Shown here: positions 59,935 through 64,000 of the stretch, piece after piece
Position numbering within the stretch: the first letter of the stretch is position 1
How the letters are laid out: every line of letters starts with the position of its first letter
Assembly: GCA_904063045.1 (NCBI GenBank)
Contig: CAJFCJ010000003.1
Coordinates: 2,342,504-2,406,503 of the forward strand
Direction: 5' to 3'
Origin: Dimorphilus gyrociliatus
Lineage: Eukaryota; Animalia; Annelida
DNA length: 64,000 nucleotides
Translations under genes and position numbers: made by a program
Notes under the pieces: generated by a model
The model's input: only the letters and a program-made list of their open reading frames with translations
Told to the model about the DNA's origin: nothing
Databases searched by the model: none

Positions 59935-61677
59935 ATGAACACTGAGAAACAGTTCAAAGATTTAAACGAATGGTACACAAATTGTACATCTGTTATATTG
60001 GAAAAAGAAAGATCTATCTCAAAAATATCTAAAATATTAAAGAGCTTAGACACTGTAATTCTATCCTTACAATCAATGAGCAAAAATTATAGAAGTATTG
60101 ATTTAGAAGCCGTTATAATAACTAACTATCTATTATTATATTTATACAGTAAAACAAAATCTTCGAAGACGTTTAATCAACAATGTACAAGATATCTAAA
60201 TAGTTTTAATACGATCAGTAATTCACTCTTTCCTCGTGACAATTTCTCGAACAATGAATTATCACAATGGACATATTATCTTCATTGTATTCAAGTTTTA
60301 TGGTTAATTATTGATAATAAAATAGAAGATGGTGAAAAATTATTAAATGATATAGAATCTTATGATATAATTGCCAAAGAGGATGAATTTTACTTTAAAT
60401 CATCAAAATTGGGTTTTGTAAATTCGTCAATAGTTCCCATAGAAAATATCGATAATTTAAAGACACTGAAATCAAGTTTAAAATGTTTATTATACTTTCT
60501 TGATAAAGATTACACAAATTGTCTGGAAATAATTAAGAAAGAGACCAGTCTACGGGAAAAATGGTATATTGTTGGAGGTCTTTGTTATTATGAGAATCAA
60601 GAGTATAATGATTGTATAACATACCTTAAACAATTACCTTCCAGTGATATTGATTCGAATGAAAATCTTAAACAGTTTATATTAATTTTAATGGGAAATT
60701 GCAGTGTTAAGCTTAACAATTGGACACAGGCAATGTGCTTTTGGTTTAACGCTTTACAAATCTCTGCTCATCCAATCGTATTATATAATCTATCCTGTTA
60801 CTATTTTATAAAAAAGGATAATATTAAAGAATTAAAAATGTTAAATCTTTTATATAACAAATTATTGGAAGAAAGTAATGCCAATATTTTTGACGAAGAT
60901 CGAAAAGACGATTTACAAGATTTAATTTGTTCAAGAATACAATTCGACACACCAAAAATTGATTCATTTAATTATGCATCATCTATTGGAGTCTCCTATG
61001 TGATTGCTTCGAAATATTTCAATTTAGGAAGGTATGAAGAAGCTGCAGATAGTATATGTAAATTATTCGGGCATGTAGAGGATCATAACGATCAATATCA
61101 ACTTCAAGAAGGAATTTGCCTCACTAATGCCAAATTGTGGTTAATACACTGCTTAATAAAATGCAATGATTTAGAGGAAGCGATGGAAATATGCAATTCA
61201 ATGATGGAGGAAGAAGAGGAAGACGATTTTTTAGGTGACAACTTTACAGATGGTGTAATTACTGATAGACATATTATTATGACAGAGTATTACAAAGCTA
61301 TTATATATTTCAAGACGAAAAGAAACGCCAAAGCTTTAAAATCTTTCGATAGAGTTATTGAGAGTTTAATTGAACTGATATCAAGTAAAAAGTCTTCAGT
61401 TGAGAAGAAAGAGCTATCCATCCTCTTCACACACGAAGCGAATAATCTTGAATATATATTATCAAAGTCGTACGAATTTGTTGGCTACTTACACTATTCA
61501 TCTGGTGATAAAGAATTAAGTGTAAATTGTTTTCGTAGCGGATGTATGGCTTCATCTAAAGATTCTAGTATTGGTAATAATTACTTATTCTTATTAAAAG
61601 AAACAAATAAGTTGGAAGAATTAATAAAAAACTCTGATGATTCTACACCGCAGAAAATTTTAGAACCGGATATTTAA
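59935..61677 (+). CDS. FANCG: Intronless 580-aa TPR protein, FANCG-like
   Basis: [31 protein letters not shown] vs recalled human FANCG [50 protein letters not shown] vs [33 protein letters not shown] vs TAELESLELLVEAL; several TPR-like helices and similar length. Confidence 0.62.
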   Translation: [580 protein letters not shown]

Positions 61678-62966
61678 TTAGTTATTTAAACGAGATACTT
61701 TTTAATAAATGGATAATTAAGGAAACTAAATCATGTATAAGCATAATATATACATCACACATATCCTTTCATACGAAAAATTATACCAATTATTGCCAAA
61801 ATTCTCTAACATTCGTATTCGTTTCCATGTTTATATCTGTTAAAATATTTTATATTAGGCCTTAATATTTGTTATTATTTCCTTAATATACTAATTTTTA
61901 CACTGTATTTATTCTATATATGGATAATTTTTACTGATATTTACTCCATCTTGTGGACATATTTCTAGACCAGTAAAAGTCAAGATTTTCCAATGGATTG
62001 CCGATTAATTATATAAAAAATCGATTTTCTGCAAATACAATTCCGTTTCCAATAAATTATCCAACTAACTACTGTGAGTATAATTTTGGAAAATTTATAA
62101 AAAGTACTTTTAACGTTATTTCACTTTTTTTGTTGTTACAAACTAAGATTATAGTATGGATTAAATGCTTTTTTTAAAAAAAAGTCAAAAAGTATTAACC
62201 CTTTAAGGCGTTTTATTAGCTTTTCTTCTGTTATTAATCGGCGAGATAAGTCTTATATAATTCGACAAGAATGTTAAATATTCAATCTAAGAGATAAGAC
62301 TGACTTATTTCTTACGTCCAGTCCCTGTGGGAAACGTTTTTGATAGATCCCTGGGCTCTTGGTTCGGACCTTTGTTCCTATCGTTTTTTAGCATTCACTA
62401 TGTACCTTATTAAGCATATGGCGACTTAATCTTACTCCCCACCGTTTATCACCTCATCAAATATCTTTGGTAGAACAGGTAGTACGATAATGAAATATTT
62501 TATTACCTCAAAATTCGACGCTTTAGACGTTTATCTGAGTTTTAAAAATCTCATAACATTTGTTAATTTACTGAAAATCCCTTTATTTGATGTAAATCTG
62601 TGTCAACTTTCAGAAACAAATTAGCTAACACTTCAACAACTATCGTCTTCAAAGAGAATTACTCAAATATTCACCTGGTCAACTCTTTACATCAGCCTTT
62701 TTGGTTCCATAAAGCTTTCACCACATTCCTTTAATGGTCGATAAGAGACCATCAACACCTTTGAATTGTGTCAAATAATTGTAATTAAGACTACAGGACC
62801 ATTAAAATCTGTTTGCAATTTTCTTCGTTCATGTAACTCTATCCTGAACGCTCGATTGACTAATTACTAGCATAACATTCATTAGGAAAACTCTATTTTG
62901 ACTCGAAGATTTCTCAATAATAGACTTTGTCCCATTTTGCGAAGATTGTAAAGAAGACTCTCCCCC

Positions 62967-62986
62967 CTCTCTCTCTCTCTCTCTCT
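62967..62986. repeat. (CT)n microsatellite
   Basis: TC dinucleotide run. Confidence 0.9.
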
Positions 62987-63429
62987 TAATTCTATCAACA
63001 GTATAATCGCTATTTCTAAGAAATTTTCATCTCTTTCCTAATCCTATTTCCGGTTTAATAATTTAGCATAAAATATTAAATGAATATTATTTTTAATGAT
63101 TTAGAAATGTGCTACTAGGCTAAGAAGTACTTGGTTTTGACTGAGTTTTTTTTTTACATGAATTAACTATGCACATAAATGAATAGTTGCATGCATATAT
63201 AGCACTTTAATGAGTAGAGATCTCTTTATTATCGAAATATTGAATTTTAAGAAGTTTCTTTGTTATTTGGCCTCAAAAAGTAATCGGTCGATATGTAGTG
63301 ACATCTGTTTTTTGAGTATATGAAAAGTTATATATTTTACATGTTTCACGGCTGCGCAGGCTTTTGTGGGATAAAAGTATTTTCGGAATATTTTATATTT
63401 GGATGAAGATAATGTTCTCGTCGTCTTGG

Positions 63430-63990
63430 TGAAAAGCGCCATCTGTAAATGCTAAAAATACGACCGCCATCTGCCTATCTCTTATCAAAACATTTGTTTG
63501 TCATTCGTCTAAACATAGCTCGCGTCAGCACCATGTACGCTTTCCTCCTTTATCTCATTCCGCTACATGAGCGCCATCTATCAACACCGTCGCCGAAAAG
63601 GAAGAACGATACATAATTAAGAGAACAGCGCGCGACGTCACTTGACAAAGCATCACTTCGATGTTCTGTAGACGCCTCTAACTGTCTATCATTTTAAACT
63701 CCGCCTACTTTGTCAAGTTTGTCACCGCCTCGATCACCGTCTCATGGCTTCAACATATCAGGTATGAATTAAGTTCATGATCGGTATGTCGTTTCATGAA
63801 AATCGTGCGTAATGTTTGACAAACAAGATCTCAAGAAATCCGTAGTGATGTTTAAAGTCGCAATGCCGAAGGCGTGTCACGCTATTACTTTTTAACTTTT
63901 CTAGTTAAGCCTAGTTTGTCAAAGGTTCCTATCGATAGGTGGCGCAAAATTTTTGACAAACGCCCTACCCTGCTAAAAATAGTGACAGAC
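63430..63990. promoter_or_regulatory. CpG-richer regulatory region with clustered CTCF-like (AGRTGGCG) and TGACAAA motifs
   Basis: CGCCATCT at 63437, 63465 and 63572; AGGTGGCG near 63938; seven TTTGTCA/TGACAAA copies; no ORF. Confidence 0.5.
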
Positions 63991-64000
63991 GAGCAGCCGA

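Noticed and set aside
62280-62900. Mixed-composition segment that might be coding or an ncRNA
   Set aside because: No open frame, box motifs or convincing fold found. Probably regulatory or UTR sequence.

Overview
This is eukaryotic, very AT-rich, gene-dense animal DNA with mostly 50-100 bp GT-AG introns. It resembles a compact annelid genome such as Dimorphilus; that is my inference and is not verified. I assembled about 18 spliced or intronless protein genes by hand: NOSTRIN-like, MFSD10, a small single-TM orphan, a small basic orphan, a TMEM53/DUF829 hydrolase, a secreted 3-Ig lachesin/amalgam-like gene with long introns, NSF, METTL3, a candidate neuropeptide precursor, KCTD10, a 15-domain CI-MPR/IGF2R, an intronless coiled-coil gene, a duplicated TPR gene, a divergent Delta-like ligand, LIG3, SNX3, a PDE10-like gene and FANCG-like. 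There is also a U1 snRNA gene and a candidate intronic H/ACA RNA. I found no CRISPR array, rRNA, tRNA or recognisable transposon. Highlights: (1) an intact U1 snRNA with a C9U change in its 5' splice-site recognition sequence; (2) a PDE10-like protein that keeps its GAF domains but has lost all four metal ligands and the invariant Gln; (3) an unrecognised secreted precursor ending in MKQPSWHGL-G-R-stop; (4) an H/ACA-like RNA in NSF intron 2 with complementarity to the U2 branch-site region; (5) a CI-MPR with an extra mannose-6-phosphate signature in domain 11. Comparisons with reference proteins and RNAs are from memory, and no searches were run.
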